Assembly: GCA_031409655.1 (NCBI GenBank) | Contig: JANNXQ010000187.1 | Location: 71,515 to 135,514 of the forward strand | From: Chthoniobacteraceae bacterium | Lineage (GTDB): Bacteria; Verrucomicrobiota; Verrucomicrobiia; Chthoniobacterales; Chthoniobacteraceae | Length of the DNA stretch: 64,000 bases | Direction of reading: 5' to 3' | Shown here: piece after piece, positions 53,383-63,654 of the stretch | How the letters are laid out: each line of letters opens with the position of its first letter | How positions within the stretch are numbered: the first letter of the stretch is position 1 | Made by a program: the position numbers and the translations under genes | The notes under the pieces: generated by a model | What the model saw: the letters and a program-made list of their open reading frames with translations, nothing else | Told to the model about the DNA's origin: nothing | The model's database searches: none

Positions 53383-55889
53383 TTCAGATTTTTGAGCGCT
53401 GAGATCGCCAAGGGCTCGGCGGGGTCGAGGGTGAACCATTGCGGCAATGCGGCATCCAGCACTACATAGACGTCGTCGAAGCCGCCTTTCGGTGCTTTCT
53501 CGACGGAGAGGCACCAGAAGCCCTCCCACTCGTCGCCAGCCTGCGCTGGAGTGATCGTCGCACGTGCGACCGACTCTGTCTGCGTATCGAAGGTCTGCAC
53601 GAGTTTGCCGCCCGGTGCGTAGAGCGGGCTCAGGCTCGTCTCGCCCGGTGCGCTGCTGCTGATGGAGATCGTGAACTGCGGCACGCCCTTAGGCACTTGG
53701 AAATAGAGTGGTGTGGCTCTGCCGGAAAGGTGGATGCCGCGAGGTTCGGCGTCTGCCGCGAGGGCGTAGGGCGCGCCTTTGAGTGCCACCTCGTAAGGCG
53801 AGTCGCTCTTGATCTCGACGTAATAGATCTGGCCCGCCGAACCGAGGAACAGCGCCGGCGTGCCAATGCGCAGGAGGCCCCCGGCCACCTTTGCCCCGGA
53901 GGCGGTGTAGGCATCGTAGCGCACCAGAGAGCCGGGCTTGACGATCTTCGTCACCATGACGCTGATGTCCTGATCAGCATTCGGAAAAAACAAAAAGCGT
54001 GTCTGGCCGCGAAGTCCCAGCGGCGTGATCGGGCGCGGGTGCGGCAGCGCGGGCATCCATGCAGCGCGCACCGGCGGGAATGGTTTTTCCATGCGCTTCA
54101 TTTTGGGCGCGAACTCGACGCCGAAACCGGGATGCAGTCGGCCCAGCATGGTGTCCACCTCGGCATCGGCGCGATAGAGGGGCGAAGTCTTCGTCTCGGG
54201 CAGGAAGCCCGACGCGCGCAACTGCGACTGCATGAGCACGAGATTGTCGCCAAAGAACTCCAGTCGCGCACGCTGCGCCGGAGTTGCTGTCTCGGCAGCC
54301 TGCTTTGCGTCGAGGTAATGTGCCTCGATCTTCGCGTAATTCGCGGCGAGCACCTCGCTTTGATAACGCGGCGTGGCGGTGTAATTCGCGGTGGGGTCCT
54401 GATTGTAGAACACCATCACCACGGCATCGACTAGCTGGTGAATTTTCCGCACATGCTCACCCGCAGAAGGACCGTAGGCGCGGCGGTAGAATTCATCGCA
54501 GACGGCGTTCGCATCGAGCGCCGGGTTCCAGGCCATTCTCGACAGCACATAGTTGTTCACCGCCGCCTGGCTCCACTCCGCGGTGCCGTAAATGTAAACG
54601 CCCTTCATGCCATACTTCACCAGCCGGGGGAATGCGAAGTTAAGGATCTCCGGCGCGGGTGGGGTGATGGCGCCGCTGCTGCCTTTCAGCCAGTTGAACA
54701 GATCATAATAGGCGATCTGCGAGGTCTGCGCGGTCCAGGCTTTGAGGATGCTCTCCCACTCCTCCTTCACACCCTCGCGGTAGAGCTGGTAGCCATAGCT
54801 GATACTCGGCGCGACGACGAGGAAGAGATTCGGCTCGAGCGGCGGCACGCCCGCGCTCGGAGGGTAGAGATAGCTCGCATAGACATAGCCCGCGAGCTTG
54901 CGATCTGGAAACTCCTTGCCGACGATCTTCGCGACGTCGTTGTAGAATTTGAGGACGAGGGGAGTTACTGAGCGCTTGCCGCGCGGATCGCGGTCATAGA
55001 GCGCCTTGCTGGCAGCGCTCGTGCTCCAGCCATCGGAGTCAGTCGGCGAGAGCGAGAACACCGGGAGCTTCGGATTCTTGCGGAACGCCGCCATCGCTGC
55101 CTCGGCATAATGCTGGATCAGTCCGGGATGGGTGGTCTCGATCTTGTAGCGATCACCGAGGACGGGCGGATGCTTGCCATCCACCTCGGGGAACCAATCG
55201 GGATGCTGCGCGTGCAGCGCGGCTGGGACGACTTGCTGCCAGTTGTGCGAGTGCTCGAGTTTCATCGTGAAACCGAGCTTCTGGCGCGCCGACCATTCCT
55301 GCACGGCGGGCTGCTCGTTCTGCATTCCGGGCACTCGCCGGTTGCGAAAAAACGGATGCTCCATCCGATCCACCGCCGGCACGAGCACGGTCGCCCGCGA
55401 TGGCACATCCTCGCCCATCGGACCGGGGAGCAGCCAGCGCACATCGAGGGTGTCCTCAAGGAATGTATAGACGCCATTCAGCGTGCCGGTGCTCGTGCCG
55501 CCTTCGGGCGTTAGTTCCTTGTCGGGTGTGTCAGGTCCGGCGATGAAAAAATTGCCGCCGCGGCTCACGAGGCGAAACCCTTCCAGCGGCACATCGCTCA
55601 CGCTGATTCCTGCCGCACGTGCTTCCGGCGTGTTGCCCAACGCGATGAATGGGCTCTCCGCTGGCGCGTCGCCCGCGACGATCGGCAGCTTCGCTTTCGT
55701 GGACTTCTCAATGTAGCGCTGCAGCTCTTGCGCTGCCTTGCGGACGGAGCCCGGCGCACCCGCCGCATGCACGATGACACAAGAGCTGCGGCCCTCTTGG
55801 ACGAGCGCAAGTTCGGTTGCCGCCGCGTTCGCGTGGCCGCACACCAAAGCAGCCAGCGCGAGGGATGAGAGGAGGAGATTGATCGTCAT
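53379..55889 (-). CDS. DUF4838-family secreted protein
   Basis: AAQELQRYIEK, GTLNGVYTFLE..L.VRWLLPG, HPDWF, YVYASY, YVLSRMAWNP, YRRAYG. Confidence 0.8.
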   Translation of the reverse strand: MTINLLLSSLALAALVCGHANAAATELALVQEGRSSCVIVHAAGAPGSVRKAAQELQRYIEKSTKAKLPIVAGDAPAESPFIALGNTPEARAAGISVSDVPLEGFRLVSRGGNFFIAGPDTPDKELTPEGGTSTGTLNGVYTFLEDTLDVRWLLPGPMGEDVPSRATVLVPAVDRMEHPFFRNRRVPGMQNEQPAVQEWSARQKLGFTMKLEHSHNWQQVVPAALHAQHPDWFPEVDGKHPPVLGDRYKIETTHPGLIQHYAEAAMAAFRKNPKLPVFSLSPTDSDGWSTSAASKALYDRDPRGKRSVTPLVLKFYNDVAKIVGKEFPDRKLAGYVYASYLYPPSAGVPPLEPNLFLVVAPSISYGYQLYREGVKEEWESILKAWTAQTSQIAYYDLFNWLKGSSGAITPPAPEILNFAFPRLVKYGMKGVYIYGTAEWSQAAVNNYVLSRMAWNPALDANAVCDEFYRRAYGPSAGEHVRKIHQLVDAVVMVFYNQDPTANYTATPRYQSEVLAANYAKIEAHYLDAKQAAETATPAQRARLEFFGDNLVLMQSQLRASGFLPETKTSPLYRADAEVDTMLGRLHPGFGVEFAPKMKRMEKPFPPVRAAWMPALPHPRPITPLGLRGQTRFLFFPNADQDISVMVTKIVKPGSLVRYDAYTASGAKVAGGLLRIGTPALFLGSAGQIYYVEIKSDSPYEVALKGAPYALAADAEPRGIHLSGRATPLYFQVPKGVPQFTISISSSAPGETSLSPLYAPGGKLVQTFDTQTESVARATITPAQAGDEWEGFWCLSVEKAPKGGFDDVYVVLDAALPQWFTLDPAEPLAISALKNLK

Positions 55890-55934
55890 TGGTGAACTGT
55901 TTAGCGAGGGATTAGGCGGGCGATGAACAAACTA

Positions 55935-57974
55935 CTACTTCGCATTGAGTTCGCGTATTTTGGCGTTTTTCCGGTCTCTGAGAATCGCTTTGTTCTCCAG
56001 CCTCTTGGCGATCCCTTTGTGGTCGGCGTTGGGATGGATGTAGCCAAGTTCCGACACGCGCGTGATGTTCAGGGCGTCGGGGAATTTTTTGTCGATGTCT
56101 TGTATCGCTTTCCAGTTCGCCTGCATCTTCGCCTTGATGGCGGGATCGGGTGTTTTTGCCTCAATGATCTGGTTCGCGAATGCCTGATTTCCCGTGTTCA
56201 GCCGCAGATAATCCAAGCCCGCACGCACGAAGGCGATGCGGTCGGCATATTCTTTACCTGCGGCGGAGGTCTTGGCTGCGGACGTGTCGAGAAGAGCGTA
56301 GGCGGTCTTGAAGAAGTCGGGATTGAAGGCCTCCGCCCAGGACTTGGTGCCTGCGGTCATCTTGTCCGGCTGGATCGCGGTGCGGTTGTCCTGGAGGAGT
56401 TTCCAATACGCTTTGATGTCTTCCGCCGCAGGTCCGAAGCCCGATTGGCAGTAGTCATCCATGACTTCATGCACCGGTTTGTCAGGATTCCAAGCGAGCT
56501 GCGCCATGACGTAATACATCGGCCCCTGCGTGGCCCACCACGACCACAGCATGTCGATGGAAACACCCGAAACGCGATTGGCCGCCGCTCGTTTGAGAAG
56601 TGTGGCTGTGCCCATGATGTCGGGCGGTCCGCCGGTCTTCCAGTGCGCCGGATCAGCGAAGTTCGGACGCCAGATCATGCCCGCCGTGGTCTTCTTGGAC
56701 CATTCTTCGAGATTGGAAAAGCTGGAGGCGACGGAGGAGACGATCACGTTGCTCCCAGGCACCGCTTTGACCGGCGGAGTGGCCGCGCCACCATACGCCT
56801 GAATGAGCACCTGGTAGTTTTTGTCCGGGTAACGCTCCTTGAGTTTTCTCGCGAGGATATTGGCGAACGTCACCTCGCGATCCGAAGTGGCGACGCCGAC
56901 CAGTTCCTTTGCGCCGGGATAGTTCCAAATCATTTTCGCCGCCTCGGGATGGTCCCAGGTCCGGCACTTGTCGCAGCAACAAATGCCACTGCCGGTGCTG
57001 TCATTGGCCGCGACATTGAAGACATTCCGGTGCGGGTTTTTGGCAATCGCCGCCGCCACGATCTCCAGCCACTGCTCGACCACGGCGGGGTTCGACTGGC
57101 AGATTTTCGCATGTCTCGGCTCACCTCGATAAATGCGCGTGCCATCCGATTGCAGGCCGAAGTATTCCGGGTGGGTCTTGTGATAGGTCGCATACCATTC
57201 GGTGAAGCCGTGACCACCGCTCGGCGTGTAGAGCGAGTCGAGCTGAAGGCGCTGGCGACGGACCCAGTCGCCACCGCTCAGTCCCGGCTTCCCTCCTTGT
57301 TTATAGAGGGCCAGTTGAGCATACACCGTCGTTCTCTGGCGGATCTGCGGGTGGTAGCGAAACTCAAGCGGAGCAACGGCAACTTTCGACTTCTTCGGCA
57401 CGACTTCTCCCGCCGCGCCCGGCCAGAGCCAGCGGATGCCGAGCTGGTCTTGCAGAAACGTCGCCACGGCATTCACAGTTCCATATTCAAACTGAAAGCC
57501 CTCCACATCCCGGTTCGATTCCGCGAATCCCGCGAGATAGTCTTTTCGTTCCGCCTCCGTCTGGCCTGCGATGATCTTCTTCTTGTTCGTGAGCGGGTCC
57601 CACACATCGCGTCCGAGGATGGCGAGATGTTTCCCGTCGCACTTAATGAGGATCTCCTCGGGATGCTTGAAATCAAAATCAGTGCCTGGAAACAACGGCT
57701 TGAGCTGCGGCTGGAATCCAACCCAGATCGCATGTTCCGGGATGGGGTTCGGCAGTCCTTCCAGAATCTCAGGCTTCACGCCGCCGACCTTGCCGATGTA
57801 TTCCGCCAAATCCGCCGCCGCGATATTGGTGAACATCGTCGGCTCTGCTGGCAGAATGATCGGTGTCAAACTCTTGCCGTTTTCGACCAAGACGATTCCA
57901 GCATTATTGCTGATCTCAGCTGAGAATGCGAAGCCCGTGAGCAGCAGCAGGCAGAACAAGTGGGCAGTCTTCAT
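55935..57974 (-). CDS. DUF4838-family secreted protein
   Basis: AAADLAEY, GTVNAVATFLQDQLGIRWLWPG, HPEYFGL, ICQSNP, CCCDKC, YVMAQLAWNP. Confidence 0.8.
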   Translation of the reverse strand: MKTAHLFCLLLLTGFAFSAEISNNAGIVLVENGKSLTPIILPAEPTMFTNIAAADLAEYIGKVGGVKPEILEGLPNPIPEHAIWVGFQPQLKPLFPGTDFDFKHPEEILIKCDGKHLAILGRDVWDPLTNKKKIIAGQTEAERKDYLAGFAESNRDVEGFQFEYGTVNAVATFLQDQLGIRWLWPGAAGEVVPKKSKVAVAPLEFRYHPQIRQRTTVYAQLALYKQGGKPGLSGGDWVRRQRLQLDSLYTPSGGHGFTEWYATYHKTHPEYFGLQSDGTRIYRGEPRHAKICQSNPAVVEQWLEIVAAAIAKNPHRNVFNVAANDSTGSGICCCDKCRTWDHPEAAKMIWNYPGAKELVGVATSDREVTFANILARKLKERYPDKNYQVLIQAYGGAATPPVKAVPGSNVIVSSVASSFSNLEEWSKKTTAGMIWRPNFADPAHWKTGGPPDIMGTATLLKRAAANRVSGVSIDMLWSWWATQGPMYYVMAQLAWNPDKPVHEVMDDYCQSGFGPAAEDIKAYWKLLQDNRTAIQPDKMTAGTKSWAEAFNPDFFKTAYALLDTSAAKTSAAGKEYADRIAFVRAGLDYLRLNTGNQAFANQIIEAKTPDPAIKAKMQANWKAIQDIDKKFPDALNITRVSELGYIHPNADHKGIAKRLENKAILRDRKNAKIRELNAK

Positions 57975-58001
57975 GGTCGATTTGGTGATGGGTGCGTTGC
58001 G

Positions 58002-59138
58002 TCATGGAACGCTGAGTTGGTCGATGACTTGCTTCAACGACCCTTGGGTCGAGACGATCTTGCCTGCCCGCACGTCTTCCTCACGAAACGTCGCCATCAG
58101 CACCTCGCCGAGCGGGGTGCGCTGGTGATCGTAGATGAGGTAAATCGTTCCGTCCTTCGCCTGCACGCCGTCTGGGTAGGTCACGTCGTCGCGTTCATCG
58201 AGCATGAGGCCGCCAACCCACGACTGGCCGTCGTCATCGGAGATGAAGGCCATCAATTTCTCGCGGCCGGCGCGTTCATTGAGCGGGCCGTGCTTCACGA
58301 GCAGCAACGCGCCGGATTGCAGTCGCCGCAGAAAGAAGCGCGAGGTGCAGTGACGGATTGCGATCTTTTCCACCGGCGTCCATGTCCTGCCGCCATCGCG
58401 GGAGATCGTCTCGGCCAGGCCCTGCATGCGGACCATCATCCAGAGCGAGCCGTCCTTGCGCTCGATGATCATCGGCTCGTCCGGGCCGCGCTGCGCGGGA
58501 TCGGGCACGTTTGCAGTGCCGCGCAGGGTGAAGGTCTTGCCCTGATCCGCGGACGCATAAACTTTGATGCTGTCGTCTGCCTTCCACACCGACGAGGTGA
58601 GCAGCCAGTCGCCATTCGCGAGCACGGTGGGTTTGTTGAGCATGATGCCGTCGCCGAGGCGGCGCGGCGCTGACCATTTCGGCTCAGCCGCATCGGGATC
58701 ATCCGTGGTGATGGCCCATATGCCGAAGCGTCCGTCCTGCAAGCCGACGGACTGGCCCCAAAAAAGCCAGAGACGGCCCTGCGGATCGATCCAGATCGCC
58801 GGGGACATGGCGCGCGTGCCGTTGCGCGGGAGGATCATGAGTTTCACTTCCGACCACGTCTTGCCGTCATCATCGCTGCACTTCAGCACCTGAAAATTCC
58901 GCGTGCTCTCGACATCGCGTCCATACACGGCCCACAGGCGGCCCTTCGCCGTGCGCTCGATGCCCGCGACGCCCTGGCGCTTCGTGGGCGGGATGTGCTG
59001 CTTCCAGGGCGCGACAATGATGTGCGCGGGTTCGAGCGCGAGGTCAGGTGAAGGCAATGGCCCGGCCGGCTTCTCGGCATGCAGCGCAACTAGCGGCGCC
59101 ACCAGCAGGGCGGTCAGGAGGGTTAGGGTGTGTTTCAA
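58002..59138 (-). CDS. BNR/Asp-box exo-alpha-sialidase-like protein
   Basis: RQGVAGIE; Asp boxes SDDDGKTW, SADQGKTF, SRDGGRTW, SDDDGQSW; TYPD; TTG start assumed at 59138. Confidence 0.85.
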   Translation of the reverse strand: MKHTLTLLTALLVAPLVALHAEKPAGPLPSPDLALEPAHIIVAPWKQHIPPTKRQGVAGIERTAKGRLWAVYGRDVESTRNFQVLKCSDDDGKTWSEVKLMILPRNGTRAMSPAIWIDPQGRLWLFWGQSVGLQDGRFGIWAITTDDPDAAEPKWSAPRRLGDGIMLNKPTVLANGDWLLTSSVWKADDSIKVYASADQGKTFTLRGTANVPDPAQRGPDEPMIIERKDGSLWMMVRMQGLAETISRDGGRTWTPVEKIAIRHCTSRFFLRRLQSGALLLVKHGPLNERAGREKLMAFISDDDGQSWVGGLMLDERDDVTYPDGVQAKDGTIYLIYDHQRTPLGEVLMATFREEDVRAGKIVSTQGSLKQVIDQLSVP

Positions 59139-59196
59139 CGGGTTGCTGCGGACGTGTCGGGTTGTGTTCTGAGCGCCAGTGCAGCTTCGGCTGCCC

Positions 59197-61677
59197 TCAT
59201 TTGATTTCGAGTTTCCCGAACTTCGCCGGCACGTGCCAGCCGCCACCGGTCGGGGAGAAGGCCTGTTGCTCCGGTTTTTCCAGACCGGCCATGCGCAGTC
59301 GGCCTACGTTGAAGAACCATGGGGCCGCCGCCGTGGGCTTGGCTCCTGCCACGCGGTGCTTTGGGTCGGCTTCGGCTTCTGCTTCGCCGACGACGGGGAT
59401 GCGCAATTGCACGCGCCAGAAATCGGCGCCCTTTTCCGTTTTGACCTCGGCGAGGGATTTCCAGCCCTCTGTTGGGTCACCGTTCACCACGACTCCATCG
59501 GGAGACATCTCCATGATGTAGTAGGAGTGGTTCGGCGTTTCCAAACACACCGCCACATTGTCTCCACTGAAGACATCCTGGGTGACACTGAGTTTTTTCA
59601 TGTCTGGCTCCATGCAGTGGATGTCGAGGAGCAATGCATTCTTATCCCAGCCCACTTTGAACGTGGTTCCTGGAACGGCCTCCTTGGCACCTCGATTGGC
59701 TTTCAGCTTGTAAGTGGTCGCCTTGGAAAGATCCGCGCCTTCGCTGCCGACCGCGAGCGGGGCTTTCGCACGCGCCTCCGCGAGTTCCTGATCCTTGGCC
59801 TTGTATTTGGCGATCATATCCGCCCTTGGTTGAAGCTCCGAGATCACGGCCTGGATGCGTTGCCCGTAGAGGGTGTCACCCGCCGCCGCCTTGGCCTGGT
59901 CGAGCATGTCCCTGAACTTGAGGGCGGTGCTCGATGAGACGTTCATTGGACTCCCTTTGCCTCTGCCGCGGCTTTCATCCCTGGTGGCCAGATTGCTCTC
60001 GGCGAAGTCAATCGCCTCCTTCATCGCCTTCGCGGCCGGGCCGTAAAATAGCGTGCAGTATTCATTCAGCACCTGGTCAACCTCCTGGTCTGCATCCCAG
60101 AAAAAACGGGACTGAACGTAGAGGGTGATGTGCTCCAATCCCATCGCCTGCCATTTTCCCCGATACTGACTGACCTCGCCGCTCCCTCCGAGCGCGACCC
60201 CTTTGAGATACTTGAGATCCTTCGCCATCGCCCGTGGGTGGAGGGCCGGATAGGAAATCGCCGCGCCTCGGACACCATCCTCTTTGCCCCAGAGGTGATA
60301 GAGGTTGTTCTCGAAGCGGAGGATGTTCCCGGGTGCCACCTTCGTTTTCCAGCGCTCCACACGGCTCGTGTAGTCGGCCCAGTGCTCGGGGTCGTTCATC
60401 TTCGGGCGACCTGAATTGGATATCTTGATCGCCACGTTGGGAGTGAACTTCCCGACTTTGTCCGAAACATCGTTGTAGGAAGTATAGGCCCCGCTGGTGA
60501 TGAGTTTGTCGGGATGAGTCTGGTAAAGCTCGCGGCCGACGCGCTCGGTGAAACCCCACACCAGATCGGGAGTCGATTTTGCTTTGCACTTTTCGCAGCC
60601 GCAGTGCGAGAGGCCGTCTCCCGGCCAGAGATCCACGGCGGGCATTTCATAAACGTCGAACATGAATCGGCAATAGTTCACGGTCTCTTGGATGAGTCCC
60701 TCCGAGGAAAAGCACGGCGTGCCGTGCCCGCGATGTTCGATGTCCCGCTTGCCACCGAGGAGCGCGTAGTATTCGGGATGCGCCTTCTTCATCGCCTCGC
60801 CGCTGTAGACATTGGTGAGCCCGTGAGCGCCTCCGGCAAAGCCGATCTTCTGGTAGGGTGAGTTGATCCCGATCTGCCGTGCCCAGAGGACATCGTCGAA
60901 GGAAAAGCTCGAGTAGTTATTCCACATCCATGAGCGGAACTGGGTGTCGGGCACCACGGTCTTGTTCACAGCGGCCAACCTGATTGATTTCTGCTCCGGC
61001 ACGACCTCCCCCAGCTTTCCGGGCATAAACCAGCGGACCCCCAGGCCGCGCAGGAACTCGCAGACCGCATTGAGCGATCCGTTTTCATCTTGGTATTCGA
61101 ACCCACGCGTCGTGTTCCCGCCGGTGAGCCAAAGCCCGGCCGCGCCCTTCCCATAATTCGCCTCCAGCGTCGCGTCGAACTTTGCGGGAGTCCACTGGCT
61201 TTCGACACCCGATTGGAAAGGAAAACCCCACTCCATGTCGGTCTTGCCCGCGAGTGATTTTTTCCAAGCCTGTTCGGCTGTCTTGTCGTTCCGCTTTCTG
61301 GCCAGATACGCGGGCGGAGCGAAGTCGAAGTCATTCCCCAGCAGCACCAGCCAGTCCGGCCCGGAAACCACCCGAAATGCACCGTATTTCAGATCCGTGT
61401 CGATCACGCCCAGCTTGTCCGTCGCCGGGCTCTTGCCGACATGGATTTTGACCGGCAGGCTCGCCTCCGGGCGCGTCACGATCGGCAGTCGCGCCCCGCT
61501 CATGGTTTGGATGTGGCGCTGCAGTTCAAGAGCCGCAAGCGTCACCATCCTGGGGCGCTTTTCTGCCGCAATCACGATTTGGGCACGCGGCGCACCTTTC
61601 TCAACGAGCAGCGTCTGGGCAGCGCGGAGCGCCGAGGAAGGCAGTAGAAGGAGCGCGAGAATGAGTGTCTGTTTCAT
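59197..61677 (-). CDS. DUF4838-family secreted protein with CBM9-like C-terminal domain
   Basis: AALELQRH, LGVRWFMPG, HPEYYAL, PCFSS, HCGCEKC, YVQSRFFWD; C-terminal GWDKNALLL...GDNVAV...WRVQLRIP. Confidence 0.8.
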   Translation of the reverse strand: MKQTLILALLLLPSSALRAAQTLLVEKGAPRAQIVIAAEKRPRMVTLAALELQRHIQTMSGARLPIVTRPEASLPVKIHVGKSPATDKLGVIDTDLKYGAFRVVSGPDWLVLLGNDFDFAPPAYLARKRNDKTAEQAWKKSLAGKTDMEWGFPFQSGVESQWTPAKFDATLEANYGKGAAGLWLTGGNTTRGFEYQDENGSLNAVCEFLRGLGVRWFMPGKLGEVVPEQKSIRLAAVNKTVVPDTQFRSWMWNNYSSFSFDDVLWARQIGINSPYQKIGFAGGAHGLTNVYSGEAMKKAHPEYYALLGGKRDIEHRGHGTPCFSSEGLIQETVNYCRFMFDVYEMPAVDLWPGDGLSHCGCEKCKAKSTPDLVWGFTERVGRELYQTHPDKLITSGAYTSYNDVSDKVGKFTPNVAIKISNSGRPKMNDPEHWADYTSRVERWKTKVAPGNILRFENNLYHLWGKEDGVRGAAISYPALHPRAMAKDLKYLKGVALGGSGEVSQYRGKWQAMGLEHITLYVQSRFFWDADQEVDQVLNEYCTLFYGPAAKAMKEAIDFAESNLATRDESRGRGKGSPMNVSSSTALKFRDMLDQAKAAAGDTLYGQRIQAVISELQPRADMIAKYKAKDQELAEARAKAPLAVGSEGADLSKATTYKLKANRGAKEAVPGTTFKVGWDKNALLLDIHCMEPDMKKLSVTQDVFSGDNVAVCLETPNHSYYIMEMSPDGVVVNGDPTEGWKSLAEVKTEKGADFWRVQLRIPVVGEAEAEADPKHRVAGAKPTAAAPWFFNVGRLRMAGLEKPEQQAFSPTGGGWHVPAKFGKLEIK

Positions 61678-61714
61678 GATTAACGGCTGGGTGATCCTTC
61701 GGGGTGGGATCAAC

Positions 61715-61925
61715 GCCCACCTTGGCTTTTAGGAAGTCCGAATCGCTGTTGAAGTCGCAGCAGCCGAGTTCCATGAGCCAAGGCCAGCCGTCTTGCTTTA
61801 CGAGCGCTGCGAGGAGGCCGACGATCCCGTTCCCTTTTGGTGAACCATGCCTGCACGGCCTCTTGCTGCTCCTTCGGAATGAGATCGCTGAGTTGGTTGG
61901 CATGGTTGAGCAGGAGTGCGTCATG
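61715..61925 (-). pseudogene. ThuA-like domain fragment
   Basis: DALLLNHANQLSDLIPKEQQEAVQAWFTK / frameshift / GNGIVGLLAALVKQDGWPWLMELG. Confidence 0.45.
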
Positions 61926-61963
61926 CTTCGTTTCGGGAGAGGTGGTGAAGACCTTGGGTGTGA

Positions 61964-62611
61964 TTACTTCTTCTTCGGCACCCCAAGATCGATGCGGTTG
62001 ATGTTATCGTCTCCCGCACCGTGAATGGTGATGATGGCACCTTCCTTGACCGTGGGGAGAACCTTCGCGGGGTTGCCGGCAAACTCGAAAGCGCCGCCGT
62101 CGATGCTTTCATAGACGGGCACGTCATCGGCAAACTTGTTCATGTGAAGCTGGTTGCCGTATTTCTTGGTGTAGGCCGGGCCGAGGTCTTTGCCAAGCAT
62201 GAGCAGCCGCTCATTCTTGAACGAGATGAAGGTGCCAGTCGTGCTGCCCTTCCTCGCGCCGACGCGGACGAGCGCCTTGTTCCCGCCGACGATGATCCAG
62301 GTTCCAGCTTCCACCTTGCTCAAGACTTCTGCGGTGCCTGAAGGGATGTAGGAGTTGGAGGCATCGTCCCAACGAACGACCGGGGTCTTTGCAGGAACGT
62401 CCTTCCAAACCAAGCCGCTGTAATTGCCCTTGAGCGTCAGCGTGCCCTCTTTGAATGACACGAATTTGCCATAGCCCATCTTGTCTTTCTGGTCGGCAGT
62501 GTCCCCTGCTGGGGCTTGGGCTGCGACGGGTGTCCATGGCATGACAGCCATGCCCAGCATGAGGGCGTAGGTGATGATGAGATGACGGGATGCGTGTTTC
62601 ATAAGATGCAT
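61964..62611 (-). CDS. secreted hypothetical protein, paralog 1 of a tandem family
   Basis: Signal peptide; motifs GKFVSFK, KKYGNQL, VPVYESIDGG shared with neighbours. Confidence 0.85.
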   Translation of the reverse strand: MHLMKHASRHLIITYALMLGMAVMPWTPVAAQAPAGDTADQKDKMGYGKFVSFKEGTLTLKGNYSGLVWKDVPAKTPVVRWDDASNSYIPSGTAEVLSKVEAGTWIIVGGNKALVRVGARKGSTTGTFISFKNERLLMLGKDLGPAYTKKYGNQLHMNKFADDVPVYESIDGGAFEFAGNPAKVLPTVKEGAIITIHGAGDDNINRIDLGVPKKK

Positions 62612-62632
62612 GGCGGTTGATACGGAGCGGGG

Positions 62633-63280
62633 TTACTTCTTCACACCGATCTCGATGCGGGTGAAGAATCCGTCCGACGGCCCGGAATAAACCGTGACCA
62701 GAGTTCCTTCCTTGATTTTGGGCAAAGCCACAGCCGGTGTGCCTGCAAACGTGTAGTCACCGCCATCAATGCTTTCGAACACGGGGACGTGCTCGGCGAA
62801 CTTGGGGTATTTGAGCTGGTTGCCGTATTTCTTGGTGAAATCGCTCACCGGGAGGTCTTTGCCGAGCAAGAGCATCGTGTCGTCCTTGAACGAGACGAAA
62901 GCGCCCGTCGTGCGGCCCTCTTTTCCAGCGCCCACAACGACGTGGGCTTTGTTTTCGGCCACGAAGATCCACGTTCCGGCCTCCACTTTCTCGAGGATCG
63001 CTGCGAAGCTGGATGTTTTATAATTTCGAGCGGCAGTGTCCCAATGAAAGACCTTGGTAGGCTCAGGAATGTTCGCCCAGCCCAAAGCACCGGCACTGCC
63101 CTTGAGGATCAGCGCGCCGTTCTTGAATGAGACGAAGGTCCCCCAGCCAGCGTTGTCGTTCTGGTCGATCATGTCCGGTATGGGTGCTTGGGCCACAACG
63201 GGAGTCCACGATGCGGTGCTGAGCAGAGTGACCATTCCGAGCAAGATGCTGCTGACGATGTTACGAAATGCGGTTTTCAT
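62633..63280 (-). CDS. secreted hypothetical protein, paralog 2 of a tandem family
   Basis: Signal peptide; GTFVSFK, KKYGNQL, VPVFESIDGG. Confidence 0.85.
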   Translation of the reverse strand: MKTAFRNIVSSILLGMVTLLSTASWTPVVAQAPIPDMIDQNDNAGWGTFVSFKNGALILKGSAGALGWANIPEPTKVFHWDTAARNYKTSSFAAILEKVEAGTWIFVAENKAHVVVGAGKEGRTTGAFVSFKDDTMLLLGKDLPVSDFTKKYGNQLKYPKFAEHVPVFESIDGGDYTFAGTPAVALPKIKEGTLVTVYSGPSDGFFTRIEIGVKK

Positions 63281-63345
63281 AGGTTATTGGATGGATGAGT
63301 TGAGGTTGGTTGAACATTGAAACGCTGACGCTGCTTAAGATTGAA

Positions 63346-63508
63346 CTATTTCTTTGGCGCACCGATGTCGATGCGGGTGATGTTGTCGTCTCCTTCGCTA
63401 TGAACGATGAGAATGGAGCCCTCATTGACGTTTGGCAGGGTCGTCGCGGGAGTGCCCATAAGCGGGCAGTCGCCGCCGTCGATGCTTTCATAGACAGGGA
63501 CGTCGGCG
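63346..63508 (-). pseudogene. C-terminal fragment of paralog 3
   Basis: ADVPVYESIDGG...TLPNVNEGSILIVHSEGDDNITRIDIGAPKK matches the C-termini of the two paralogs; upstream part missing. Confidence 0.8.
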
Positions 63509-63654
63509 CGATGAGCGGGCGATGAGTGGGTGCAGCCGGCGCACCAGTTCACGCGCCGCCGTCTCGATGCAACCGTTGCGGCGGTAGTTTGTGCCGACAA
63601 CTGACCTGTCCCTTTATCCACACACACACGGTGCAGCCGGGATTCTCGGCTTGC

